From Lytechinus pictus (lineage: Eukaryota), in assembly GCF_037042905.1 (NCBI RefSeq), contig NC_087263.1:13146001-13210000 (forward strand): 64,000 nucleotides of DNA, in the 5' to 3' direction. The position numbers and the translations under genes were made by a program. Below are positions 52,178-64,000 of the stretch, one piece after another. Positions within the stretch are counted from its first letter, which is position 1; each line of letters starts with the position of its first letter. The notes below the pieces were generated by a model. It worked only from the letters and a program-made list of their open reading frames with translations, was not told the origin of the DNA and made no database searches.

Positions 52178-54797
52178 CTGGATGATTAAAGAAAGAGAAG
52201 AATAATGAAAAAAAAATATTAATACAATAAATTGACAGGTTATAGAGGTGACAGAGACAAAATGGTTTCAGTTCTAGGAATGGTTTAACATTTTGACAAC
52301 TGAATTCTGATTGTCCCATAATATCTGTACAGAGACAACCCGGCTACGGCAGGTAACAGGTTAAATCTGAACCTACAAACAAATAAACTGATAAAGGCAT
52401 GTACAATTATAAATATTGATAAAAGTTTGTTTTTTCATTTAAGACATCAAGGGGTTTTATTTGTTATTATTCATGATTTTTTTTCATATGTTAAATCAAA
52501 TGGAATTAATGCAACCCGATAATCTGCATCAAATATGCATACAGGAAGTAAATAAAACACTTAGTGACTGGTACAAAGACTAGGTCACCATTTCCTCATA
52601 CAAGTGACAACGATAAGATACAATTCTATGCAAATGAGTTTGACTCGTTCATCGCGGCGATTGTCTTACTCATCCCGAGTGGCGAATATCCAAATCAAAT
52701 TCTGACACAGACAGGTGTGGCCCAGTGTTTGATGAAAAACTATGACTATACAGATCTATTTCCGCGTCATGAGAAAGTAAGAGTGGACTAATTGTATCCT
52801 TCATAGAGTCAGAGTCATGATCCAAGTTTGGGCTGGAAACATACGAGACCCAGGCGACATTGACTCACACATATAATGCCATGAACGCAGACATGATGGC
52901 TACAGACTGTGTAGTAGCAATGTCCTTTGATTAATTAAATCTATGATTATCGTTCAAGTCTTATCATCGATCAAGGCTATAATTATGATCACCAATAAAG
53001 CCTTTAACCTATTAATTAAATCTATGATTAGCAATGAAGATCTTTATCATCGATGAAGTCTATGAATATGAACACCAGTGAAGCCTATTGATTTGACATA
53101 AAAGCTATTACTTAAGTTAAGCTGCATGTCATGTTCTTTCAGAATTTTGTTGTTGTTTTCCAATAAGATATTCCTATCAAGTTAATCCATTCCATGCAAA
53201 TTATTGCAAAGATAAATGCCTCAGTTCACTCACATTGCATCATCTGTATTGATAAATGCATAAATGATTAAGAGAGCCACACAAAAATGAAAGAGAAACT
53301 TTTTCAACACTTATGCTTTTTATTTTATTCCCCCCAAAATATATCAACATGAAAACAGGCTGATAGATATTCTGTGCACTTTGAGCATGAGTAGTAGAAT
53401 TCCCCAGGTTATAAATAGAGCTTTAATGATCACATTTTATCAGTTCACGGTGTCTGAAAATATCCAAGACTCTATTAATTCTATCGTCTGGGTACCGGGC
53501 TACCTGTATGACATCATAAACATAATCTTCATCGTCACCGTCACGGGGTAAAAAGGTGTATTTCTGTCTTTGCCTTTTCGCAGTGCAACGCAGCCGGGCG
53601 GCTTATTTTCGGCGCTCAAATTATGGTACACCTGGCAACGGACGTGACAATGCAGAATAGTGAGCCAGGTTACATCCAGCTTGTAATGAAAAAATTTGAT
53701 TATGCCCAACAGCAAGCCAGCGATTACGTTATCAACATTTTTATGAGATTAAACTTGGACCATTGCGCACGTCAAAATGTATGCTATCAAGACAATTATC
53801 TCATTCTTTCATTTTCTGGTTTGGAGGGGGGGGGGGGCAGTGGGGGGGAAGGGGGGGGGCTACAAGGAAATGACCACTCAAATATGTACATGATTCAAGG
53901 GGCAGAGGCACTAGTGACACATTAAGAAGAGCCATATTCCAGAAAGAAACAACGGCAGAAATCAGATTAGAAGGCTTGCGATCAGCGCTGAGTCAGATCA
54001 GTACATGAAATCATGCAACGTAAGTAATCTTGTGCTGACCATTCGTAATGAAGTGATTTACAAAGCGCTGGGAATGACAATGGGTCAAAGAGGGTTTAAT
54101 TGAATAAACGCGGTTTAAGTTATCCTATTTCTGGTGCGTAGATCAAGCAACTTGCATGCAATTATTGAGTTTGACTTATATGCCAATTTGTCACACTTTG
54201 TAGTGGTTTATGATTGAATGGTTGCTGTGGTGTTGAAAGTAATGAAGTGAAATTGTTGAAAAGGTGAAAATAGGTAAAATTGAAGACAACATCAGTAATC
54301 TAATGAAAGATTAAAACAATAATGAAAAAAGCAGCAAAATAGTAAGAAGGAAGAAAGAAAGAAAGAAAGAAAAAAAAAAAAAAGGAAAGAAAAAGAAAGA
54401 AAGAAAGAAAAGAAAAAAAGACAGACACAAACGCAAAGAGGAAAATATATCCCAGAAGATTCACCATGACCACCTTAAACGGCAGAAATTTAATTTTTTT
54501 TCATTCATCACAATAGTCCTCAAAAGACAGTGGTGAGAGATGGAATACTGCCATCTAGTGGCAAGACATGTACAGGCTTCAATCATTTCCAAAGTCCTGA
54601 GAGTTTTTGTACATGATTCCTACATCAATACAGGTATGTAAATGTAAATTTTAGGTTTGTGGGTGAATTGTGATGTCTTGCTTGAACATATTTGAGTATC
54701 AATGACAATTCTAGATTGATATTGATATTTTTCTTGAAAGAAGGAAAAATGACAAGGAATTCATTTCCTTGGAAAATTTCTTTGTTTCAGTACTCAC

Positions 54798-54972
54798 CAA
54801 TGAACTCAAGTGCCTCGTCAAACCAGGGAAGCATCTTCTCGCTGTGATTGTCGCGGACGGGTATCCGGTGGAAGTGGGTCTGGGGAAGGAATTCTGGGAT
54901 AGGACACGACCTGCTGACGTTCAGGACGTAGTTTATCCCATAACTCTTCAGGCATTCCTCTGACATCACATC
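54798..54972 (-). CDS. DUSP16: DUSP8/16-like exon
   Basis: DVMSEECLKSYGINYVLNVSRSCPIPEFLPQTHFHRIPVRDNHSEKMLPWFDEALEFI; GCAG|..|GTGAGT. Confidence 0.96.
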
Positions 54973-56202
54973 CTGCAAGGACCGAGGTGGAAAAAAAAAA
55001 ATTTAGTTAGTTAAAAAGTATTGTTTCGAATATATAATAAAACGAAATATGAAAAATACGAAAGTTTACTAAAAATGTTTTTCCATTCTGCCAAAATATA
55101 AGAACATACAAGATATCAAATAAGTAGAAATATATAGTTAACTGTCTATTCTTTTAGGAAAAGGAGAGGGCATAAGGAATTTCCAACCCCCCCCCCCCCC
55201 CCACCTTTGAACAAAATGCAGAACAGCACCTACCCATTTGCTATACGATTCACAACATAATGGATGAAAATTGAAAAGAGGTGTATATATAACAAAATAA
55301 CGCCCGGCAGAAAGGCTAGGACCCTACAGCCCCCCCCCCCCCCTGGTCTGCAAGTTAACTATATAAAATCATTGGAAAATCATAGGCCTACATGTACATG
55401 TATTTGATATGTATCAGTGTAGAGTGTGAAGACTAGGAGGATGAGTCACAGAGGCAGAGAGAAAGAGAGAGAATAGGAGTGCAAACTGATCATATCCTGA
55501 GCAAACAGGGCGATAGTAAAGAATATAACCCTGCTCTCAACGAGCAAAGGTTATCTCCTAAACCAGACCGTGTACAATGCCAAGATTACTGAATGCAATC
55601 TACACACAGGTACCCAGATTGGCATTTAGCTGCCAGGTTTTTTTTCACGTTTTGTTTTCTTTTTCTGAGTTTAATACATTAGTCCTACACATATACATGT
55701 AGTTGTAATGTGTATATGGTTTTGTATAGATTATTTTTAAAAGTCATTGAATTCAATTACAGTTCATCAACCACATACAAAACTTTAACCAAAAAAAAAG
55801 CCATTGAATATCTGACTGCACAAAACAAAAACTTGTTTTATAGCATTCTGGTGGCTTAATTAGGTATACATTTTAGATATTTCTATTAAAAAAATCATAT
55901 TTTAAATGACTGAACTGTGTTTTTCTGTTGCATATCTCTCAAACCATCTACATATAATATTTAGGGATGATCTAATAACAAAAGGTAATGAGATACTACA
56001 GATATACTTATACTATTCAAAGTTGGCATTATTTATACTACATTTCTTCCAACAACAACAAAAATGTGGTCAAAGATTAGGGCTTATTAATTGGATTTGG
56101 GAGTAAAAAATATATTTTGTTTACAAGCAACAGTATTTTAGATGGTTCTGTCTTCAGTTGTCTCTTGGTTCGAATTATTATTTAAAAAAAAACCCTATTT
56201 AC

Positions 56203-56360
56203 CTGTTGTGATCCGAGGTACAGGAATCCAAGCACACGGGTGGGGCCCGTGTTGGTAACCGGTAGACAGGGTTGTGAAAGGGGGGCACGGGTGGGGCAAG
56301 GGGGTCGGTTCTGGGACTCGCACAGGTACGGGAAACAAGACTGGAATGACGTGTAGCCGC
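56203..56360 (-). CDS. DUSP16: DUSP8/16-like exon (end of rhodanese domain, linker, start of DSP domain)
   Basis: GGYTSFQSCFPYLCESQNRPPCPTRAPLSQPCLPVTNTGPTRVLGFLYLGSQQ; SQPCLPV..GPTR is characteristic of DUSP8/16. Confidence 0.95.
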
Positions 56361-58828
56361 CTGAGAACGAAGGAGATAAAAATAAATATTATGAAATCCA
56401 GGATTTCTTAAATTACATCCCATTCATGGTATATGAAAGATTATTCCTCATACATGAATTTTGAACTTCATTCATATATGATACCATATTCTGATACAAA
56501 TTTAACGTAATACCAAATACAATCACATCTGATGAATGTCATGTGTATTCAATTCAATGTCAAATAAAACACTTCATAAAGACCAATACATCTCAGACTG
56601 ATTGTCTATACAAGTTCACTTTTCATTGGCAAGATTTAAAAAAAGGACATACCATATTCTAAAAGCCTCATTCCATTGAATTTCTTTCACAAAATAAAAC
56701 CTAGAAATTTGTTCGACACAAAAGAATTCATCTTTGCATATCTCAATATCATAAAGATAATAAAGATTTATTACCACATAGCAATGATTAGTAATACTAT
56801 ACATGAAATACCATTTCAATTTGTCAAATTGTACGAACGACGTCAATCCCATAAAAGACGTCAGCATGATGTTTGTTCTTTTTAATCATGAACTATAAGC
56901 CACACTCTACTCATGAAGGAACCACAACAATATCTGTTCCGCTCAGCAGCACAATGCACATCGGAAGACCTGACTTATCGTCCCCGGAATACACCCAATT
57001 GTAACCAAAGTCAACAAGACAATATGAGGAACTCGTCAACGGACGTTTACATGACCATATTTGGCAGGAAAAAGCCATATGAGGTCTAAAGCTCACTTTC
57101 CCCTTTGCTATTCCCAATGTACAGTACAAGCATGTTGTAGTAAGTAGATCGAAAGAAATATGAAAAAGAAAAACAAAACTAAACTGAAGAGAATTGGAAA
57201 GGGAGTTGGGGGAGAATGCATGCAGAGAAAGGTGAAATCTCCATGACGTGATTGGGCATAGATAATAGGCCCAGGACTCAATAAATCCCAGCTTTTTCAG
57301 AACTTCATTTTAGCAAAATGTAGAGATAGATTTCCAAAAGGTGAGGGGGGATGGGGAGGTATAACATGTCACACATTTGTATACAAGATAGAAATAGCAT
57401 AAAGCTTTTGAAAACTAAAAAAAAACTTTAAAAAAAGAAAAGAAAAACTAATGATGAAGTTTATGGGCATAGAATGGGACAGAAAAAAGGAGAGTGAGTA
57501 AAAACAAATGAAGATGCAGAATAATAAAAAAGCATACCAGTAAGTTAGAAGTAAAGAACAAAAATAAGAGAGAAAAAAGAGAGAACCAGCTGGCAGTAAA
57601 GATAAAGAAACAGAAGAAAGAAATATCAAAAGGGAAACAATGGTTTGGCTTAGATAATATTTCCTATCTCCCCGAGGAATCCTTACTCTTCAATTTCACT
57701 CTCACTCATGCACTACCACAGTCACCTGGCTTATACCAGTTCACTCGGCAACTATAAGGAAATACGTCGATCTGCGTTCAACCTCCCCGCACAGGAAAAA
57801 CCCAAGTACTTTGGCTTAACTACATCATAGATTATTTTGGAGTCAGGGGAAAAAAAAACCCTTATAAGGTAGCTATGACATAATGCTTTCATTTATCTGA
57901 TAAACGTCATCCAGCTAAACGATCAAATAAAATGGTGAAATCTATAGTTTTTCACCTAAAGATCATGATTTTATTTTTTTTCAAAAGACTAACCAGAGCA
58001 CTTGGATCCACTCTGAAAACATTGTATACCTAACTTCTCTTGTATTTATGATCATAAAATGCCCAACGATGAAATAATGTAAAATGAATAAACATGGACA
58101 AAGTCACAAGTACTATTGCTTTAGGAGAATTGATAAACACAGGTCTTATATATACATGTAGAACGACATATTTACCAAAAAGAAACGGCAATTAACACTG
58201 CAATTAAGTATATATGTGATATTGCTTCTAAATAAAGATTCAATAAATTCAGTACAGTTGAATATTGACGAACTAACAGAACTTCTTGATATTCTACCTA
58301 AAATATCTTTATCACAAACAATTTGTTTTAAAAGATATTTTTTCTGAATATTCATGGTCATGGATAAATGCTGTAATAAATCTCAACAAGTTTAAGAAAA
58401 TATTAAAAAGAATTAATCTAATTTTAAATTTGGCATGGTATGGCATGAATGCCAGTTTGCCTTACAAGTAGTGGCTGCCAAATTTGTAGTCATTTATATG
58501 GTAATACTTTATTTTACAGGAACGTATACATGGTAGAATGTCAATTTCATTTAATCGATTAATACACCATTGTATACTTGCAAATTCATTTGCAAAAGCT
58601 TTGATTGCATAAATTTCGAAATATATTTAAAAAAATCAATATTCCAAGATACATCAGAAAACATTCTTATTATATATGACAAAACGATACTAATATTAGT
58701 TATTACATTCAAGTTTTACTTTCAAGTTAAATAAAAAATTTTAAGTGAATATTGAGTAATGTGACAACAGTACAATATTCAGGAACATGCCAAAGTATTG
58801 CGTGAAAATATAGACGTACGATCCTTAC

Positions 58829-58874
58829 CGCCAGCAGCGACTGTTTTCACATTCCTTTCGACTTGGATGACCAT
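58829..58874 (-). CDS. Candidate alternative first coding exon of the DUSP gene
   Basis: CCAACCATGG Kozak context, MVIQVERNVKTVAAG, then G|GTAAGG donor in phase 1, in frame with the 56360 exon. Confidence 0.55.
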
Positions 58875-59179
58875 GGTTGGTTTCTTTAAATCCACAACTA
58901 AAAATCCAGTAACATTTGGGCCGAAGAAATAGGAGCGCCCCGACAACAGACGATCGCTAAAACCGATTCAACAATGACAAACCATGTATGATTCCTGTGG
59001 TTATAATTCTTTTTCGCGGGAGCGGGTGTCGGTACCAGTCCTCTCTCGAGCGCGACTGAGCGACTTGTGTCTCCTTAGCAGCGGAGAGCGAGCTCTTTCT
59101 CGTCAACAAATGAATGCCCAGCAATTGGTGGGGGATATTCTCTTGCTGTAGAGCTCGCTGTATTATGATCCAGGCGAAA

Positions 59180-59465
59180 TAAGGAAGAGCGTATAAAGGG
59201 TTGAACTGGTACAGTCATGGGGGGAAGGTAATGACTGTACCTATGGAGATCTTCCTGGCAGCTCTGGCTGGGGTATCTCTGCAACCTTACATGGTCCTGA
59301 GACACAGGGTGTATTGTAAACACACAGTCATTATACACATACACACAGAGATAATCAGCTGTGCAGAGAGAGAGAGAGAGAGGACAACCCCTGGATGACT
59401 CATCCCAGGTATTGACCAATCACAGCGCAGCATGATGATGTCATCCAGTTACAGGCCAATCTGGC
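59180..59465 (-). promoter_or_regulatory. Candidate internal promoter (AP-1, CRE-like, two CCAAT boxes, CArG-like)
   Basis: GGATGACTCATCC 59393-59405; CCAATCA ~59417; TGATGTCA 59436-59443; CCAAT ~59456; CCTTACATGG 59285-59294. Lies upstream of a CpG-richer segment at 58815-59190. Confidence 0.5.
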
Positions 59466-62149
59466 ACTTCCCTTCCACTAATACATTACCAGTGACTGCT
59501 AACCATTCTCGCTCCATGCCAGCTATTGTGTATGGGCACTAACTATGCACTGGAGAGCGGGAGATATACAGGATTATATACCGCTGTGGTATATTCCAGT
59601 ATATTCCACTGTTGAAGGGTTGTTATTGAAAGATATGACATCCATTAATTGATCCCAACGATGCCAGATGGAAACCGGGTCTTCAGAAATACATATCCCT
59701 CAGGCGCTAACCAGCGTTCATAATGTAGTAAATGAAATTACAGCAAGGGAAACATCAAACTAGCTACATAAATGCATCAATCTATAAGGCCTATGCCACA
59801 TAAAGTGGTAAATATGAGCTGTAAAATGATGAACATTTTTAACAAAATGATTATACCTACAGATATATATAGAACATCATAATCAATACTGAGAACATAT
59901 ATTTCACAAATACAAGAAAATCTTCTATCTATAACCATGGTCCATGCTATAACTGGGCATACACTCAAACAGAGATATTATCAACTCATCAATAGGCCTA
60001 TTTCAATAAACATATATGAAGTATAATAATCAGACCTATATCATACTATGCCAATTACGTCTACCTAGAAGTATAAAATACAATTATTACAAGACAAAAC
60101 TCAGGGTTACGTTAAGCGATATATAGAAGAATTTTACCCACATCAATATCAAGAATCATGTCTCTTGTAATAACTTCCATCCCTCAAAAAAATAATTGCA
60201 TTTGAATTTCATCAATCTTTTTTCTTTGATCCATTCCTCTTCTCATTCATACAAATTCATTCTTTATTATGGATGCTGGCTTTTTCCATAGAACGTATAA
60301 AGACCCTACGTCAATGCATACCTTCGTACGAATAACAATTGACCCAAAAAAAATCAATCAAAAATTCACTTTCCCTCAATCAATGCAACTTTACAAGCTT
60401 ATAATGATCATTGCAATTGCGTTGGATTACAACCGCTGTAAAACATGTACAACAGTAAATGAATCACAATGAATTAAAACGCATTTACACATCGAAGATT
60501 ACGATAAATATGATCTATATATGCCTACACAGAGCTAAGGGGGTGTGTCGACTTGTCTCGCGAGCACTTTCTTATGAGTAATCAACTAATTTAGAAGTTG
60601 GCTTTGATAATGATGAACTCATCAAGGGTTGGATTAATTCTCATTATTCATCGAAAGAAATCCTTGTGAAATCGGGTGATGCATATGTATGATGTCATTA
60701 TGAAAATCCCCCTTCTTGTGCATGAAGTATGATGAGAGGTGAGTCGGTAACCAGAGCCTGTTACAAAGTGGCAGATGTGATTTCATCTCATACATCTGAT
60801 TCAGGCCTAATAAGGAGTCAAAGGGGTAAACTTTACTCAATTTGGTTTAAAACTAACCCAAATTTGACTATGGTGATATATTCAAAGAGTTAATAGGCAG
60901 TACAACACTCTATGAAGAAGGATTCGATGTAAATGCAGGGTGACTGTGACAAGTAATTGGCTAACGTTTCATTTATTTCTAAATGATTTATTTCTAAATC
61001 CCAAAGGATTTAAATTGAAATATCTTAGCTTTGAATTCAAATCAAGAAGATTGAAATCTAAATCTAATTTTTAATAGGCTTGCGATTAATCACAAATGAC
61101 AACCACCCTTGAATTATGTGATATCCTTTAAATTTAGAGAGTATTTGATGTATTGTCTTAATCCTATCAAATTCAGTTCATTGCCAATATTAAATAGCAA
61201 ACTGAAATCAGACTTCTAGAAATTATTTTCCAGCTAGGGAAGTTACAAATAGATAGAAATTAAATTAAATGCTTTTTAAGACACCAATTTATGGTTAATT
61301 GATACAATAAAAAATATATTACTCATCAAAACATGTTTATGTGCTATGATACAAAAAGAAGAAAAAAATAGCACAAGTTAACATCAAGTAAAATGTTAAG
61401 TGGAAATAATAGCATATCATTTGCAATGTACTTGAAATACATGCAAAAGACCATTCAAAGTACTAATGCGCAGCTGGAGATGAGTCAGGAAAGTCCATTT
61501 ACTTTTCAATAATGAAAACAAAAGTAATTACTTCATACTCTTGTGACTGGATTGAGATTATTCACAACAATATATATTCTTTACCACTTTTCACAATCAC
61601 ATGATTCATACTTTATAATATTTACATCAAATACACCAGATTTTGGAGCAAAATGGAGATGACAAAGAACACAGAGTCACCATAAACCAACATAAAAAAA
61701 TTTTTTTAAAGAATAAACGATCGTAAAAAAAAAAAAATCTTCCCTCAGCTTTTTGAGGGGGGGAAGCAAAGTCAGACGTTATTTCCACGCTCCCGACTCC
61801 TTCCTCCGGAGACCACCGTCCGATGACGTGGTCAAAAGCCCTCTCTTGGCCATTACGAGACAGTGCCTGGAGTCACGAAGGGGATGAGGAATCAATAATG
61901 AGCTCATCTCATCTCGTTTTCTCATCGCAGCCACGCAAACCAGCAAGTCGTGGCATGATGCAATGGATGACTTCAATTTATTTCAGGATGGCTCGTTTCT
62001 ACACGTTGATTTCTCCACCACTGATCTGTGACTAGTAAGTATACCACCTTATTGATAATCGCACCATCAGAGTGCTTTTAAACCTCTCATTTCTCAAAAT
62101 TTACAAATTTTGAGGTCAAATCAGAAAAATGCTATTGACTGTCATACAT

Positions 62150-62386
62150 GTAATTACACCGAATAACTTGATGTAATGATTCCATGATAATTGTTGATAC
62201 ACTCTATATGTATATAATGTATTATGTTTTTACTTTATCATATGTTACATACATTCAAATTGCCATGATGTTGAGTTATTTGTTAAACTGCAGGTCGCCT
62301 TTGGAAAGCAGTTTTGCATAACTGAACAGGCCTACCCTCCAGTATAAAATAAAGAAATCAAATAAAGAAATAAATAATAAATAAAT
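62150..62386 (+). mobile_element. LINE/SINE 3' end fragment
   Basis: GGAAAGCAG..CTGAA..ACCCT motif followed by an (AAAT)-rich tail at 62345-62386. Confidence 0.4.
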
Positions 62387-63171
62387 GGCAGACTCATATT
62401 ATCTGAAAACAGAAAGATATATTTTCATATGGGGGTCAGACGTACAATAAGGCTGATCATTTTATGGAATTGCCCTATATTTCCCAATAATAAATAGATG
62501 CAAAAACATCAAACTAACCAATATTGCTCAAATTTGGCATCAAGAATGCCAGTAACATTTAAGAACTGAATAGAACTGATAAAGTGTATATTTCCTCATG
62601 ATGAATATATACAAAGACACCCAATCCAATCAACATTGTACGCGTTTATTATATATTAAAATAACATTCAACATCTTACCTGCCTCATCCATTGAAGCTC
62701 TCATATAAGATAAAAATACACCACTTACACTAATAAAACAGGCTCACAAATTAACAAATTACTATAAATAAATCAATCAGTACTGTAGACAAATAAATGG
62801 AAGATTTCATTAATTAAACTAACTTGACTTCCCAACTCAACCAACTGATCAAAAGAACCAACATCTAATTTCTTCTGAACATGAAATAACAAAGAAATAC
62901 AAACACAACAAAACAAATCACTCATGGAACACTAAACACTGAAAAAAAATGTAGCGTACTCACTTTGAGGTGCCCCTCCTCCATAATGTAGAATTATGAA
63001 TACTACTCCATTATCGGGAAGCAGTTTATCAATCATATACCATTCAGAGAAAATTCATAATTTAAGAGAGAAATAACAAGAGAAAGATAAAGAGAGAAGG
63101 GGGAGATGTAGAGAGAAAGGAAGGTTATCAATAAATCAATCAATAATCAATAGTCTTGTTTCAAGTCTTAC

Positions 63172-63346
63172 CTGCCAGTAAATACACAGTCTTGAAGTTC
63201 TCGCTCAGCTTCGACAACAGCACACTCAGGAAAGTGTCGGCAGTAAGAGAGGTTATATCTTGTGTGCCTTGATCGTAGACTATGACCTCGTTGCCCAGAT
63301 CCAATTCAGACGTGCATGCTGTGGTGAGGAGTTCTTTAACTGTAAT
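63172..63346 (-). CDS. DUSP16: DUSP8/16-like exon, rhodanese (Cdc25-homology) domain; upstream exons lie beyond the window
   Basis: ITVKELLTTACTSELDLGNEVIVYDQGTQDITSLTADTFLSVLLSKLSENFKTVYLLAG; TTCCAG|..|GTAAGA, phase 0/1. Confidence 0.93.
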
Positions 63347-64000
63347 CTGGAAAAAATAAAAATAAAAAAGAGAAAAAGAGTAAATAATTTATTCATTTCT
63401 TGAATAATTCTCATCAAAATAGTTAGGGGAAGTTCCAATTCACTTGCTAAACACCATCTTCCATTGGTCCACTTATTAGTGATAATAGGCCTTAACCTTT
63501 TTTTTGTAAGCTTTGGGCAAAGCCCACAAAATATTCTAAATGCAAGGGGGAAGGTTCATACCTCCCCCCCACCACCAAAAGAAAGTTGGAGATCTTATTT
63601 TTTGGAAGGCCTCATGCCAAGCATGGACCTACTGTAGGTCCATGTGCCAAGCAAGTAAAACGTGAGTAAAACAGAAAAACCTCAAGGTCGCAGCAATCAT
63701 AGTGGTATGCAACCACAATTGAAAATAATCCAGATATGCAAAAAAATTGGCAAAAATCAATATTTTCAACACCAAATAAGGCAAAACAGCTGATTGTGAA
63801 TGAGTAGAACTGTTCCCCTGCGTAATAATGTCCATGAATATCCACTACTTTCTCTTCGTGCAAGAACCTTTGTTGAAAGGTGTCTTGAACGAGGCCGAGA
63901 TGGGCTATGACTAACGTGAGAAAACCCTGTCACAGTGTATCACACAGCTTGCTACGTTCTATATTTTTCTCGACACCATGATGTTTTTAGCATAGCTGTT

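Noticed and set aside
53513..53715. Possible extra DUSP exon ending CAG|GTAGCC
   Set aside because: The phase needed to join the 52177 exon has a stop just upstream, and no homology is missing between the flanking exons.
61770..62035. GC-richer intronic island with short ORFs
   Set aside because: No splice signals or homology; may be an enhancer but unsupported.

Overview
This is AT-rich eukaryotic (metazoan) genomic DNA with spliceosomal GT-AG introns. The repeat landscape suggests an echinoderm such as a sea urchin (inference). Three protein-coding loci are visible. (1) The 5' coding end of a type II membrane (Golgi enzyme-like) gene on the minus strand at the left edge. (2) A complete 6-exon TMEM19 gene on the plus strand (21062-26163). 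(3) The 3' five exons of a DUSP8/DUSP16 (MKP7-like) MAP kinase phosphatase on the minus strand (49252-63346; 5' end beyond the window). The first 20 kb is a stack of nested non-autonomous DNA transposons with recognisable TIRs/TSDs, plus a decayed CR1/L2-type LINE with an internal tandem duplication. The most notable candidate is an intronic alternative first exon in the DUSP gene, with AP-1/CRE/CCAAT/CArG-like motifs upstream; it would encode a rhodanese-less, Puckered-like isoform. Also notable are a triply nested TIR element carrying a promoter/first-exon-like cargo and several hairpin-forming arrays. Almost all short ORFs in the supplied track are spurious. No prokaryotic systems, rRNA, tRNA or CRISPR arrays were found.
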